Counted from the first letter of the stretch, positions 14,201 through 36,800 are shown. The stretch: 64,000 nucleotides of DNA from the human T2T-CHM13v2.0 reference genome, Homo sapiens (GCF_009914755.1 NC_060940.1), one strand, 5' to 3'. Translations and numbers: made by a program. The notes: generated by a model not told the origin, from the letters alone.

Positions 14201-15307
14201 TAGTTTTTAAGGTGTGATATTCAGTTTTTCACTATTGCTCTTACTGGGCTCAAAAATGTCCCTTTGTAGATTCTACAGAAACAGTATTTTCAACCTGTTG
14301 AATCAAAGCAAAGGTTTAACTCTGTGAGATGAATCCACACATCTTAAAGCATTTTGGCAAATAACTTGTTTCTACTTTTTATTGTAGAAAATTTGGTTTT
14401 TCCCTTATCCCAAGATGGCTCAGAAATGTCCCTTTGCAGACTTTACAATAAGATTTTTTCCAACCTGTTGAATGGAAACACAGATTTCTTTCAGTGAGAT
14501 TAATCCACACATCACAAACCATTTTCACAGATAGCTGGTGTTTCTGGTTTTTATCATGGAAATTTCAGTTTTTCACTGTTGGCCTCGATGGACTCAGAAA
14601 TGTCTGCTTGCTGATAGTATAAAACGAGTGTTTTTAACCTGTCAAATCAAAACAGAAGTTTAACTCTGTAAGATGAATTTACACATCACAAAGCATTTTC
14701 ACGAATAGCTTGTTTTTAGTTGTTATCATGGGATATTTTGTTATTCAGTACACCTTAATAATCTCAGAAATGTCTTTTGTAGATTTTACAGAAGAGTGTT
14801 GCCAACCTGTTAAATAAAAACAAAAGTTAAACTCAGTGATATGAATCCACATATCACAAAGAATTTTCACAAATAACTTGTTTCTAGTTTCTATTGCAGG
14901 ATATCTTGTTTTTCACTGTAGACCTCAATTGTCTCAGAAATGTCCCTTCATAGATTCAACAACAAGAATGTTTCCAACCTGTTGAATGAAAAAAAAGTTA
15001 AACTCTGTGAGATAAATCTACACATCATAAAGCATTTTCACAAATAGTTTCTTTCTAGTTTTTATTGCTGGATATTTGGCTTTTCACTACAGGCCTCAAG
15101 GGGCTCTGAAATGTGCCTTCGTAGATTTTACAAAAATCGTATTTCCAGCCTGGTGAATGAAAACATTTCCAGCCTGGTGAATGTTAAACTGTGAGATAAA
15201 TGCACACACCACGAAGCATTTATACAGGTATCTTATTTCTAGTTTTTATGCGTTTTATTCTGTTTTTCACTATAGGCCTCAATGGGCTAAGAAATATCCC
15301 TTTGTAG

Positions 15308-16368
<1,061 letters not shown>

Positions 16369-18274
16369 ACAAAGCATTTTCATAGTTTCTACTTTTTATC
16401 ATGGGTTATTCAGTTTTCCATTATAGACCTCAATGGGCTCAGGAATGTTCCCTCATTGATTCTACAAAATGAGTATTTCCAACATGTTGAATCACAACAA
16501 AGATTTTATGTTGTGAGATGGATCCACACATCACAAAGCATTTTCACTGGTAGCTTGTTTTTAGTTTTTGTAGTGGGAAATTCGATTTTTCACTACAAGC
16601 CTCAATGGGCTCAGAAATATCCATTTATAGTTTCTACACAGAGTGTTCATTTTCACAGATACTTGGTTTCTACTTTTTATTGAGGGTCATTCGTTTTTTT
16701 ATTATAGGCCTTGATGGGCTTAGAAATGTTCTTTCATTGATTCTACAAAAAGAGTGTTTCCAAAATGTTGAGTCAAAACGAAGGTTTTACTTTGTGAGAT
16801 GAATCCACATATCACAAAGCATTTTCACTTGTAGCTTGTTTTTAGTTTTTGTAGCGGGAAATTTTGTTCTTCACTATGGGCCTCAATGGGCTCAGAAATG
16901 TCCTTTTGTAGATGCTGCACACACAGTGTTTCCAACTGTGTGAATCAACCTAGAGATTACATTTAGTTATATGAATCCACACATCACAAAGCATTTTCAC
17001 AGGTAGGCATTTTCTAGTTTATATTGCTGGATATTTAGTTCTTCATTATAGGAGACAGTGGGCTCAGAATGACCCTTTCTTCATTCTGGAAATAGAATGT
17101 TTCCAACCTGTTGAATCAGAAGGAAGGTTCTCTTTGGTGAGATGAATCCACCCATCACAAACCATTTTCACAGATAGCTCATTTCTAGCTTTTCTGATGG
17201 GATATTCTGTTTTTCAATATAGACCACAATGGGTCAGAAATGCCCCTTTGTAGAGTCTACAAAATAAGTGTTTCCAAGCTGTTGAATTAAAAGACAGATT
17301 CAACTCTGTGAGATGAATCCACATTTCACAAAACATTTTCACAGATAACTTACTTCTAGTTTTTATTGTGATATATTTCGTTTTTCTCTGCAGGCCTCAA
17401 TGGGCTCAGAAATGTCCCTTTCTGGATTTGAGAAAAAGAGCGTTTCCAATGCGTTAAATGAAAACCAAGATGTAACTGTGTGAGATGAATCCACATATCC
17501 CTTCAGTTAGGTGAATCCACAAATCACAAAGGATTTTCAAAAATAGCCTGTTTCTAATTTTTATCATGAGGTATTTCATTTTTCACTATAGACCTTAATG
17601 GGCTCTGAAATTTTTCTTTACAGATTCTACAAAAAAAAAAGTGATTCCAACACATTGAATTGAAGAAAAGGTTTAATTATTTGACATGAATCCACATGAC
17701 ACAAAGCTTTTTCACAGATAGCTTGTTTCTAGTTTTCATTATTGTAAATTTGGGTTTTCCCTATCGGCCTCAATTGTCTCAGAAATGTCCCTTCAGAAAT
17801 TCTTTAAAAAGAGTGTTTACAACTGTTAAATAAAAACAAAGGTTTATTTATGTGGGATGCATCCACACATTACTCAGCATTTTTGCAGAGAATTTTTTAG
17901 TTTTAATGCAGAAAATTCCGTTTTTCACAATAGGCCTCAATGGGCTCCGATATGTCCCATTGTAGATTCTACAAAAAGAGTATTTTTAGCCTGTTGAAAC
18001 AGAAAGATTTAACTCTATAAGATGAATCTGCACATCACAAAGCATTTTCACAGGTAGCTTGTTTCTAGTTTTTATCACAAGATATTCCTTTTCACTACAG
18101 GCCCGAATGGGCTCAGAAATGGACATTTCTCATTTCTACAAAAAGTGTTTCCAACCTGGTGAATCAAAACAAAGGTTCTATTCAATGAGACAAATCCAGA
18201 CAACAGAAAACATTTTCACAGACTGCTTTTTTCAAATCTTTGTATATTCAATTTTTTTCAAGGTCATTTGGGTA

Positions 18275-24800
<6,526 letters not shown>

Positions 24801-27800
24801 AGTATATTCAGTTTTATACTACAGCTGTCAATGGGCTTGAAAATGTCCCTTCGTAGATTCTACAAGAAGTGTTTCCAACCTGGTGAAGCAAAATAGGTTC
24901 CACTCGGGGAGATGAATCTACACATCACAAAGCATTTTCATAGATGGCTTGTTTGTAGATCTTATCCTGGTATACTCGGTTTTTCACTATAGACCTCAAT
25001 GATCTTAGAAACATCCATTCATAGATTCTGGAAAAACAGTGTTTCCAACCTGCTGAATTAAAACAAAGCTTTAACTCTGCTAGAGAAATCCACACATTTA
25101 ATCCATTTCAACAGAATGCTTGTTTCTAGTTTTTATATTAATATATTCAGTTTTTCAGTATAGGCCTCATTGAGAGCAAAAATGTTCCTTCATAGATTCT
25201 ACAAAAGAAGGGTTTCGAATCTGGTAAATGAAAACACAGGTTCTATATGGTGAGAAGAACCCACACATCAATAGAAAAATCCACACAACAAAAGAAAGGT
25301 TTAACTGCAATGTGAATCTACACGTCACAAAGCATTTTCAGAGATAGCTTGTTTGTTGGTTTTATGGTGAGATATTCTGTTTTTTTACTACAGGCTTAAA
25401 TGGGCTCAGAAACGTCCCTTCATATATTCTACAAAAAAAGTGTTTCCAAACTGCTGAATCAAAACAAAGGTTTAACTCTGTGAGATGAATCCACCCATCA
25501 CAAATGGTTTTACAGAGAGTTTCTTTCTAGTTTTTATAGGGGGATATTCCGTTTTTCACTATAGGCCTCAATGGGCTCCCAAATGTCCCTTCGCAGTTTC
25601 TACAAAAAGAGGGTTTCCAACCTGCTGAATCAAAAGAAAGGTTTAACTCTGTGAGATGAATGCACACATCACAAAGCAGTTTCACAGATAACTTATTTCT
25701 AATTTTTATTTCAGGGTATTTAGTTTTTCACTATAGACCTGAATGGGCTCAGAAGTATCCCTTCATAGATTTCACAAAAAGAGTGTTCTCGAACTGTTGA
25801 ATAAAAATAAAGGTTTAATTCTGTGAGATGGATCCACAAATCACAGAGCATTTTCACAGATAGCTTGTTTCTAGTTTTTATTATTGAAAATTTTGTTTTT
25901 CACAATAGGCCTTCATGGGGTCAAAAATATCCCTTCATAGATTCTACAAAAAGGGTGTTTCCAAGCAGTTAAATCAAAACAAAGTTTAACTCTGTGAGAT
26001 GAATCCAAACATTGCAAAGCATTTTCACAGATAGCTTGTTTTCAGTTTTTTTAGGTGGGATATTTGGTGTTTCACTATAGGCTTCTATTGGATTAGAAAT
26101 GTCCCTACGTAGATTCTACAAAAACAGTGTTCCCAACCTGTTGAATCAAAGCAATGGTTTAACTCTGTGAGATGAATCCACACATCCCAATGCATTTTCA
26201 CAGATAGCTTGCGTCTAGATTTTATCACGGGATATTTGTTTTTTTACTATAGGCCTCAATAGGCTCTGAAACGTCCCTTTGTAGATTCTACAAAATAGTT
26301 TTTAACTTGTTGAATCAAAATAAAGGTTTAATTCTGAGACATGAACCCACATATTGCGAAGCCTTTCCACAGATAGCTTGTTTGTAGTTTTCATCATGGT
26401 ATATTCAATTTTTTACAATAGGCCTCAATGGTCTCAGAAATGCTTCTTTGTTGATTTTACAAAGAGAGTGTTTCCAGCCTGTTGAATAAAAACAAAGTTT
26501 TTTAACTCTGTGAGACAAATCCACATATCACAAAGCATTTTCACAGATAGCTTGTTTCTCATTTCTATTGAGGGATATTCAGTTTTTCACTACAGGCATC
26601 AATGGGCTCAGAAATGTTCATTCGTAAATTCTACAAAAAATGTTTCCAACCTGATGAGTAAAAACGCATGTTCCATTCGATGAGATGAATCCACACATTT
26701 CAAGGCATTTCAACAGATAGCTTGTTTGTACTTTTTATTGCAGGATATTTGGTTTTACACTACAGGCCTCAGTGTGCTCTGAAATGTTCCTTCGTAGATA
26801 TTATAAAAAGAGTATTTCTAACCTGCTGAATCAAAACACAGGTTCCATTCAGTAAGACGAACCAACACATCAAGAAGTATTTTCACAGATAGCTTCTTTC
26901 TAGTTAATATTGTGGGATATTTGGTTTTTCATTACAGGCCACAATGGGCTCAGAAATGTCCCTTTGTAAATTCTACAAAAAGAGTATTTCCAACCTGTTG
27001 AATAAAAACAAAGGTTTGAATCTGTGTGATGAATCCACACATGGCAAAGCATTTTCACAGATAGAGTTTTTCTAGTTTTTATCACAAGATATTCCGTTTT
27101 TAGCTACAGGTTTTAATGGTTTCAAAAATGTCCCATTGTACATTCTACAGAAGTGTGTTTCCAGCCTTTTGAATCAAAACAAAGATTAACTATGTGGGAT
27201 TAATCACATCACCAAGCATTTTCACAGATCACTTGTTTCTAGTTTTTATACAAGATAATTAGTTTTTCACTACAGGCCTCAATGGCCTAAAAATGTTTCT
27301 TTGTAAATTCTACAAGAAGAGTGTTTCTAACCTGGTAAATTAAAACACAGGTTCCATTCTGTGAGATGAATCCACACATCACAAAGCATTTTCACAGATA
27401 GCTTGTTTCTAGTTTTTATTGTAGGATGTTTAATTTTTCACTACAGGCCTCAAAGGGCTCAGAAATGTCCCTTTGTAGATTCTACACAAAGAGTGTTTTC
27501 AACCTGTTGAATTAAAACAAAGTTTAACATTCTGTGATGAATTGACACATTGCAAAGTATTTTCACACATAGCTTGTTTCCAGTTTTTATCATGGGAAAT
27601 TTGATTTTATATTATAGGTTTCAATGGTTCAGAAATATTATTTCATAAATTCAATGAGAAGAGTGTTAACCTGCTGAATAAAAACAAAGGTTTAACTTTG
27701 TGAGATGAATACACACATTGCAAAGCATTTTCACAGATAGCTTGTTTCTACTTTTTGTCACAGGAAATTCAGTTTTTCACTATTGTACTCAATGCGTAAG

Positions 27801-30800
27801 AAGTGTCCCTTCATATATTCTACAAAAATAGTGTTTCCAACCTGTTGAGTCAAAACACAGGTTTCATTTGGTGAGATGAATTTATGCATCAGAAAGCGTT
27901 TTCACAGACAGCTTGTTTCTAATTTTCATTGTAAGATATATACTTTTTCACTGTGGTTTCAGAGGGCTCAGAAATATACCTTCATCAATTCTACAAAAAG
28001 AGTGTTTCCAACCTGGTGAATCAAAACAAAGGTCCCATTCAGTGAGGCAAATCCACACATCACAAAGCATTTTCACAGATAGATTGTTTCTAGTTTTTAT
28101 GCAAATAATTCAGTTTTTCACTACAGGTCACAATGGGCTCAGAAATTTCTATTTGTATATTTTAAAAAATGAGTGTTTCCAACCTGTTGAATCAAAACAA
28201 AGGTTTAACTTTTTGAGATGAATGCACACATTGAAAAGCATTTACACAGATAGCTTGTTTCTAGTTTTTATCACATGAAATTTGGTTTTTCACTACGGGC
28301 CTCAACGGACCCAGAAATGTCCCTTCATAGATTCTACAAAAAGAGTGTTTCCAAACTGTTGAATCAAAACAAAAGTTTAACTCTTCTCAATGAATTCACA
28401 CATTGCAAAGCATTTTCACAGATAGCTTATTCCTAGTTTTTATTGTGGGATATTTAATTTTTCATTATGGAACCTAATGGGTTCAGAAATGCTTCTTCTG
28501 AGATTCTACAAAAAGAGTGATTCCAACCTGGTGAATCCACACAGGTGCTATTTGGTAAGATAAATCCACACATCACAAAGCATTTTCACAGATAGCTTGT
28601 TTTTAGTTTTTATTGTGGGATATTCAGTTTTTCACTATGCTCCTCAATGGGCTCAGAAATGTCCCTTCATAGATTTTACAAAAAAAAAGTGTTTTCAACC
28701 TTTTGAATTAAAACAAGGTTAACTCCATAAGGTGAATCTACACGTCACCAAGCATTTTCCCAGATAGCTTATTTATACTTTCTATCACAAGCTATTCTGT
28801 TTTTCACTATGGGCCTAAAGGGGCAAATAAATGTCCCTATGTAGATTCTACAATAAGAGTGTACCCAACCTGTTGAATCAAAACAAACATATAACTCTGT
28901 GAGATTTATCCATGCCTTGTAAAGCATTTTCAGAGATAGCGTGTTTCTCGTTTTAGTTTTTTAGTTTTTTGTTTGTTTGTTTGTTTGTTTTTCTGCTTTT
29001 TACTTCTGGTCTTAATAGGATTAGAAGTGACCCTTCATAGATTCTACAAAAAGTGTGTTTCCAACATGTTGAATGAAAACAAAGGTGTAGTTCTCTGAAA
29101 AATCCACACATCATGAAGCATTTTCACAGGTGGCTTGTGTCTAGTTTTTATCATGGGATAATGTTTTCCACTTTAGCCCTTAATAAACTCAGAAATGCCA
29201 ATTGGTAGACTCTACAAAAAGTGCAATTCCAATCTATTGAATCAAACAAAAGTGTAACTTTCTGAGCTGAATCCACACATTGCAAATCATTTTCACAGGT
29301 AGCTTTTGTCTAGGTTTTAATGTGGTGTATTCGATTTTTCACTGTTGACCTCAATGGCCTCAGAAATGTTTCTTCATAGATTCTACAAAAAGAGTTTTTC
29401 CATCCTGTTGAATCTAAACAAAAGTTTAACTCTGTGAGAGGAATCGACACATCAAGAAGCACTTTCACAGACAGGTTGTTTCTAGTTTTTATCACAATAT
29501 TTTCTGTTTTTCCTATAGGTCTCATTGGGCTCAGAAATCTCCCTATGTACATTCTACAAAAAGTGTGTTTCTAACCTGTTGAATCAAAACAAAGCTTTAA
29601 CTCTGTGAGATGAGTCCACACATCACAAAGTATTTTTACAGATAGTTTGTTTCTAGTTTTTATTGCAGGATATTCGGTTTTTCACTACAGGCTTCAACGG
29701 GCTCAGAAATGTCAATTTGTAGATTCTACAAAATAAGGGTTTCCAGCCTGATGAATTAAAACACAGGTTCCAGTTGGTCATATAAATAAACACATCATAA
29801 AGCCTGTTCACAGACAGCCTGTTTCTAGATTTTACCATGGTATATTCTGTTTTTTACTATATGCCTCAAGGAACTCAGAAATGTCCCTTTGTAGATTCTA
29901 CAAAAAGAGTGTTTCCTACCAGCAAATCAAAACAAAGCCTGCATTCAGTGAGATAAATCCAACATCACTAAGCATTTTCACCAGTTGTTTGTAGTTTTGA
30001 CTGCAGGATATTTGGTTTTTCACTATAGGGCTCAATAGGCTCAGAAATGTCTCTTCATAGATTTTACAAAAAGGGAGTTTCCAATCTGTTGAATCACAAC
30101 AAGGGTTTAACTCTGTGAGATGAATCCACACATCACACAGTGTTTTTACACAAAGTTTGTTTCTAGATTTTATTGCAGGATATTTGGTTTTTTAACTATA
30201 GACCTCATTAGTCTCAGAAATGTCCCCTCGTAGATTCTACAAAAAAAAGGGTTTCCAACCTGTTGAATCAAAACGAAGGTTTAACTCTGTGAGATGAATT
30301 CACACATCACAAAGCACTTTCACAGATAGATTATTTCTACTTTTTGTCATGGGATATTCTGTCTTTCACTACAGGTTTCAATGACCTCAGAAATTTCCCT
30401 TTGTAGATTCTACAAAAAGAGTGTTACCAACCTGCTGAATGAAAACACGTTCCATTCTTTTAGATATATTTACACATCACAAAGCATTTTTACAGACACC
30501 TTGCTTCTAGTATTTATTGCAGTGTATTCATTTTTCACTGTAGGCTTCAAAGGGCTCTGACATGTCTCTTAGTAGATTATTCTAAAAGAGTGTTTCCAAC
30601 ATGCTGAATCCAAACACAAGTACGTTTTGTGAGATGAATCTACATATCAGAAAGCCTTCAGACAGTTATCTTGTTTCTACTTTTAATTGTGTGAAATTCA
30701 GTTTTTCACTATAGGCTTCAGTGGGCTCTGAAATGTCCCCTCGTAGATTCTACAGAAACAGCGTTTCCAATTGGTGAATCAAAACACAGGTTCTATTCTG

Positions 30801-33800
30801 TGAAATGAATATACACATCACAATGCATTTTCACAGTAAGATTAATTCTAGTTTTTATCCAGGCATATTCCGTTTTTCATTGTAGATCTCAATGGGCTCA
30901 GAAGTGTGCCTTCGTAGATTCTGCAATAAGAATCCCTACAATGAGGTCAATTAAAATACAGGTTTAACTCTGTCAGGTGAAACCACACAGCCCAAAGCAC
31001 TTTCACAGATAACTTGTTTCTAGATTTTATCACTGGATATTTCGTTTTTCACTATAGGCTTCGAGGGTCAAAGAAATGTCCCTTCATTGATTCTACAAAG
31101 AGTGTTTTCAACCTGGTGAATCAAAAAACAGGTTCCATTCAGTTTGATGAATCCACACATTACAAATAATTTTCACAGATAGCTTGCTTCTAGTTTTCAC
31201 CACTGGATATTCAATTTTTCACTATAGACCTCAATGGGTTCAGAAATGTCCCTTCTTGAATGGTACAAATAGAGTGTTTCTAACCTGGTGAACCAAAATA
31301 AAGGTTTAACTTTTTGAGATGAATCCACAGATGGCAAAGCATTCTCACAGATAGCTTGTTTCTACTTTTTATCACAGGACATTCAGTTATTCACTATAGA
31401 ACTTAAAGGGCTTGGAAATGTCCCTTGGTGGATTCTACCAAAAAAGTGTTTCCAACCTTTTTAATCAAAACAAAGTTTAACTCTTTGAGATGAATCCACA
31501 CATGGCAAAGCATTTTCAAACATAGCTTTTTCCTACTTTTTTTATTTTGGGAAATTTGGTTTTTCACTATAGGCCTCAATGGCTCAGAAATGTCCCTTTG
31601 TAGATTCTACAAAAAGAGTGTTTCCAGCTTGCTGAATCAAAACAAAGGTTTAACTCTCTGAAATGAATCCACACATCACAAGACATTTTCACAGATAGAT
31701 TATTTCTAGTTTTTATCACTGGATATTAGTTTTTCACTGTAGGCCTCAAACAAAGGTTTATCTTTTAGAGATGAATCCACACATGGCAAAGCATTTTCAC
31801 AGATAGCTTGTTTCACTTTTTATTGAAGGATATTCAGTTATTTACTCTAGAACTTAAAGGGTTCAGAAATGTCCCTTCATAGATTCTACCAAAAGAGGTT
31901 TTCCAAAGTTTTGAATCAATACAAAGGTGTAAATCCTTTAGATAAATCCACACACAGCAAAGCATTTTCAAAGATAGCTTGTTTCTACTTTTCGTTGTGG
32001 GAAATTTGGTTTTTCACTACAGATCTCAATGGCTCAGGAATGTCCCTTTGTAGATTCTACAAAAAGAGTATTTATGACCTTTTGAATAATTTAAAAAAAG
32101 GCTTAACTCTGTGAGATGAATCCACATATCACAAAGCATTTTTACAGATAGCTTGTTTCTAGTTTTTATCACAGGATATTCAGTATCTTGCTCTAGAACT
32201 CCATAATCTCAGAAATGCCCCATCATGAATTCTACTAAAAGACTTAGGGGACGTTTAATCAAAGCAAAGGTGTAACACTTTGAGATGAAGCCACACATTG
32301 CAAAGCATTTCCACAGATGGCTTGTTTCTAGTATTCATAGCTGGAACTTCAATTTTTCACTATAGGCCTCAATGGTCTCAGAAATTTTCCTTTGTAGATT
32401 CTACAGTAAGAGTGTTTGCTACCTGCTGAATGAAAAGAAAGGTTTAACTCTGTGAGATAATTCTACATATCACAAACCATTTTCACAGATACCTTGTTGC
32501 TAATTTCCCCATGGGACATTCGGTTTTTCACTACAGTCCACAATGGGCAAAATAATGTCCAATAGTAGATTTTACAGGAAAAGTGTTTCCTACCAGGTGA
32601 ATCAAAACAGCATTTCCATTCAGTGTGATGAATCCATACATCACAAAGAATTGTTATAGATAGCTTGTTTCTAGTTTTCATCACGGGATATTCAGTAATT
32701 TATTATAGGCATCAATGGGCTCAGAAATGTCTTTTTGTAGATTCTACAAAAAGAAGGTTTTCAACCTATTGAATTAAACATAGATTTCACTCTGTGATAT
32801 GAATCTACACATTCCAAAGCACTTTTACAGATATCTTGTCTCTAGTTTTTATTGCGGGATATTTGGTTCTTTGCTACAAGACAAAGTGGGCTCAGAAATG
32901 CCCCTTCATAGATTCTACAAAAACTGTGTTTCCAACCTGTTGAATCAAAACACATGTTCCATTCAGTGAGATGAATAAACACATCATAAAGTATTTTCCC
33001 AAATAGCTTGTTACTAGTTCTTATTGTGGAACATTTGATTTTTCACTATAGGCCCCAATGGACTCAGACATATCCCTTTGTAGATTCTACAAAAAAAAGT
33101 GTTGCCAACCTGTTGAATTAACACAGATTTAACTCTGTGAGATAAATCCACACATCACAAAACATTTTCACAGATAGCTTGTTTCTATTGTATAAGATGG
33201 AATATTCAGTTTTTCACTGCAGGCCTCAATGGGCTCAGAAGTATTACTTCATAGATTTTACAAAAAAGTGTCTCCGACCTGTTGAATTAACAGAAAGATT
33301 TAACTTTGTGAGATGAATCCACAGGTCACATACCATTTTCACACATAGCTTGTTTCTGGTTTATTAGTGAGATATTCAGATTTTCACTACAGGCTTCAAT
33401 GGGTGCAGAAATGGGCTCAGAATGTTCCTTCTTAGATTCTACAAGAACAATGTTTCCAACCTGTTGAATCAAAACAAAGGTTTATTTCTGTGAGACAAAT
33501 CCAGACAACACAAAGCGTTTTAACAGATAGCTTGTTTCTAATTTTAATTGTGGGATATTCAGTTTTTCCACTATTGGCCTCAATGGGCTCAGAAATGTCC
33601 CTTTGTAGATTCTACAAGAACAGCATATTTAACCTGATGAATCAAACCTCAGTTTCCACTTGCTGTCATGAATCCAAACATCTCAAAACATTTTCACAGT
33701 TTTTTTTGTTGTTGTTCTTTTTGTGTGTGTGTGATATTTGGTTTTACACTTTTCAAACTCAATAAGCTCAGAAATGTCCCTTCATATATTCTATAAAAAC

Positions 33801-36800
33801 ACTGTTTTCAATCTGTTGAATCAAAAGAAAGGTTTAACTGTGTGAGATGAATTCACACACCACAAAGCATTTTCACAGGTAGCTTGTTTCTAGCTTTTAT
33901 CCCAGGATATTTAGTTTTTCACATTGCCCTCAATGGACTGTGAAATTTCCCTTCAGAGATCCTACAAAAAGAGTGTTTTCAACCTGCTGAATCAAAACAA
34001 AGGTTTACCTTTGTAAGATCAATTGACACATTGTAAATTATTTTCACAGATAGATTGTTTCTACTTTTTTATTATGGGATATTCAGTTTTTCACTATAGA
34101 CCTCAATGGACTCAGAAATATCATTGTGGAGATTCCACAAAAAGAGTATACCCAACCTGCTCAATCGAAATAAAGAATTAACTCTGGGAGATTAATCCAC
34201 AACTCATAAAGGACTTTCAGAGATAGCTTCTTTCTAATTTTTATCAGAGTATACATAGTATATTCTGTTTCATACTATGGGCCTAAATAAGTGAAGAAAT
34301 GTCCCTTGGTAGACTCTACAAGAAGAGTGTTCTCAACCTGTTGAATCAAAACAAAGCTTTAATGCTCTGAGATGAATCCACACGTTGCAAAGCATTTTAC
34401 AGATAGCTTTTTTCTAGTTTTTATGGTGGGATATTTGGTTTTTTACTGTAATCTTTAATGGGCTCAGAAATATCCTCTTGTAGATTCTCCAAAAATAGCG
34501 TACCCAACATATTGAATCAAAACAAAGGCTTAACTCTGTGAGATGAATCTACACCTCATAAACCATTTTCAGAGATAGCTTGTTTCTAATTTTTCTTGTG
34601 GGATATTCTGCTTGTCACATTGGGCCTTAATGGGCTCAGAAATGTCCCTTCAGAGATTTTATAAGAAGAGCATTTCCAACCTGTTGAATCAAAAGAATGT
34701 TTTATCTCTTTGAGATGAATCCACACATCACAAAGCATTTTCACAGAAAGTTTGTTTCCACTTTATAAGGTGGAAAATTCAGCATTTTACTATAGGTCTC
34801 AGTGGGCTCAGAAATGTATTTTCATAGATTTTACAAAATAAGTGTTTCCAACCTGTTGAATTAAAGATTTAACTCTGGAAGATGAGTTCACACATTGCAA
34901 AGCATTTTCGCACGTAGCTTCCTTCTAGTTTTTATCATGTGATATTCAGTTTTTCACTACAGGGCTAAATGGGCTCAGAAGTGTCTGTTCATTTATTCTA
35001 CAAAACGTGTGTTTCCAACCTCATGAATCAATGCACAGGTTCTATTGGGTGAGATAAATAAACACATCATAAAGCATTTTTCCCAAATAGCTTGTTTATA
35101 GTTTTTATTGTGGGACATTTGGTTTTTTACTATGGGCCTCAGTGGACTCAGAAATGTCCCTTTGGGGATTCTACAAAAAGACTATTTCCAACCTGTTGAA
35201 TCAAAAGAAAGGTTTAACTTTGTGAGATGAATCCACACATTGCAAACAGTTTTCACAGGTAGCTCGTTTCTAACATTTAACATGAAACATTTTCTTTTTC
35301 ACTATGGGCCTCAAAAAGCTCAGAAATGTCTTTTCAAAGATTCTCAAAAAAGAGTTTGTCCAAAGTGTTGAATCAAACAAAGGTTTAATTCTGTGAGATG
35401 AATCCAGACATCACAAAGAATTTTCACAGATAGCTTTGTTTTAGGGTTTATCATGGAATATTGTTTTATACAATAGCCCTCAATGGCCCCAGAAATGTCC
35501 CTCTGTAAATTCTATGAAACCAGTGTTTCCAAACTGGTGAATCAAAACTCAGGTTCTATTCAGTTTGAGGAATCCACACATTACAAAGGATTTCTACAGA
35601 TACATTTTTTAAAGGTTTTATCACAGAATATTCAATTTTTCATGACAGGGCTCAGTGGGCTCAGAAATGTCCCTTTGCAGACTCTATAAAAAGAGTGTTT
35701 CCAATCTGTTGAATCAAAAAAAAGATTTAACTCTGTGAGATGAATCAACACACTACAAGGCATTTTCACAGATAGCTTGTTTCTTGTTTTTAAGGGGGAT
35801 ATTCAGTTTTTCATGATAGGCCCCAGTGGACTCACAAATGTCCCTTCATAGATTCTACAGATAGAGTGTTTCCAACCTTTTGAATAAAAACAAAGTTTTA
35901 ACTCTGTGAGATAAATCTACACATCACAAAGCATTTTCACAGAGAGATTGTTTCTAGTTTTTATTGCAGGATATTCGGTTTTCACTATACGCCTCAATGG
36001 TGTCAGAAATATTTCTACCTAGATTCTACAAAAAAAGTGTACCCAACCTGTTGAATCAAAACAAAGTTTTAACTCTGTGAGATTAACCCACAAGTCATAA
36101 AGCATTTTCAGAGATAGCTTGTTTATAGTTTTTGTCTCGGGATATTTGGTTATTTAATATAGGCCTCAATGGGCTCAGAAATGTCCCTTCGTAATTTCTA
36201 CAGAAAGAGTATTTCCAACCTGTTGAATGAAAACAAAGTTTCCATTCTCTGAGATGAATATGCACATTACCATGCATTTTAACAGATAGATTGTTTCTAG
36301 ATTTTATCAAGTTATATTCAGTTTTTCACTATAGGTTTGAATGTGCTAAGAAGTGTTCTATCATAGATTTTTTTAAAAAGACTTTTTAGACCCTGGTGAA
36401 TCAAAACACAGTTTCATCTCTGTCAGGTAAATCCACACACCACAGAGAACTTTCACAGATAGCTTGTTCCTAGATTTTATCATTGGAAATGTGGTTTTGC
36501 ATTTTGCTTCAAGTGGTTCAGAAGTGTCCCTTCATAGATCATACAAAAAAGAGTGTTTTGAACCTGGTAAACCAAAACACATTCCATTCTGTGAGAGAAA
36601 TCCACATATCACAAAGCATTTTCACAGATAGCTTGTGTCTAGCTTTTATCACAAAATATTCGGTTTTAAACTATAGGCCTAGATGTGCTTAGAAATGTCC
36701 CATTGTAGATTCTACAAAGAGTGTTTCCTACATGTTGAATCAAAACAAAGGTTTATCTCTATGAGATGAATCCACACATCACAAAGCATTTTCTCAGATA

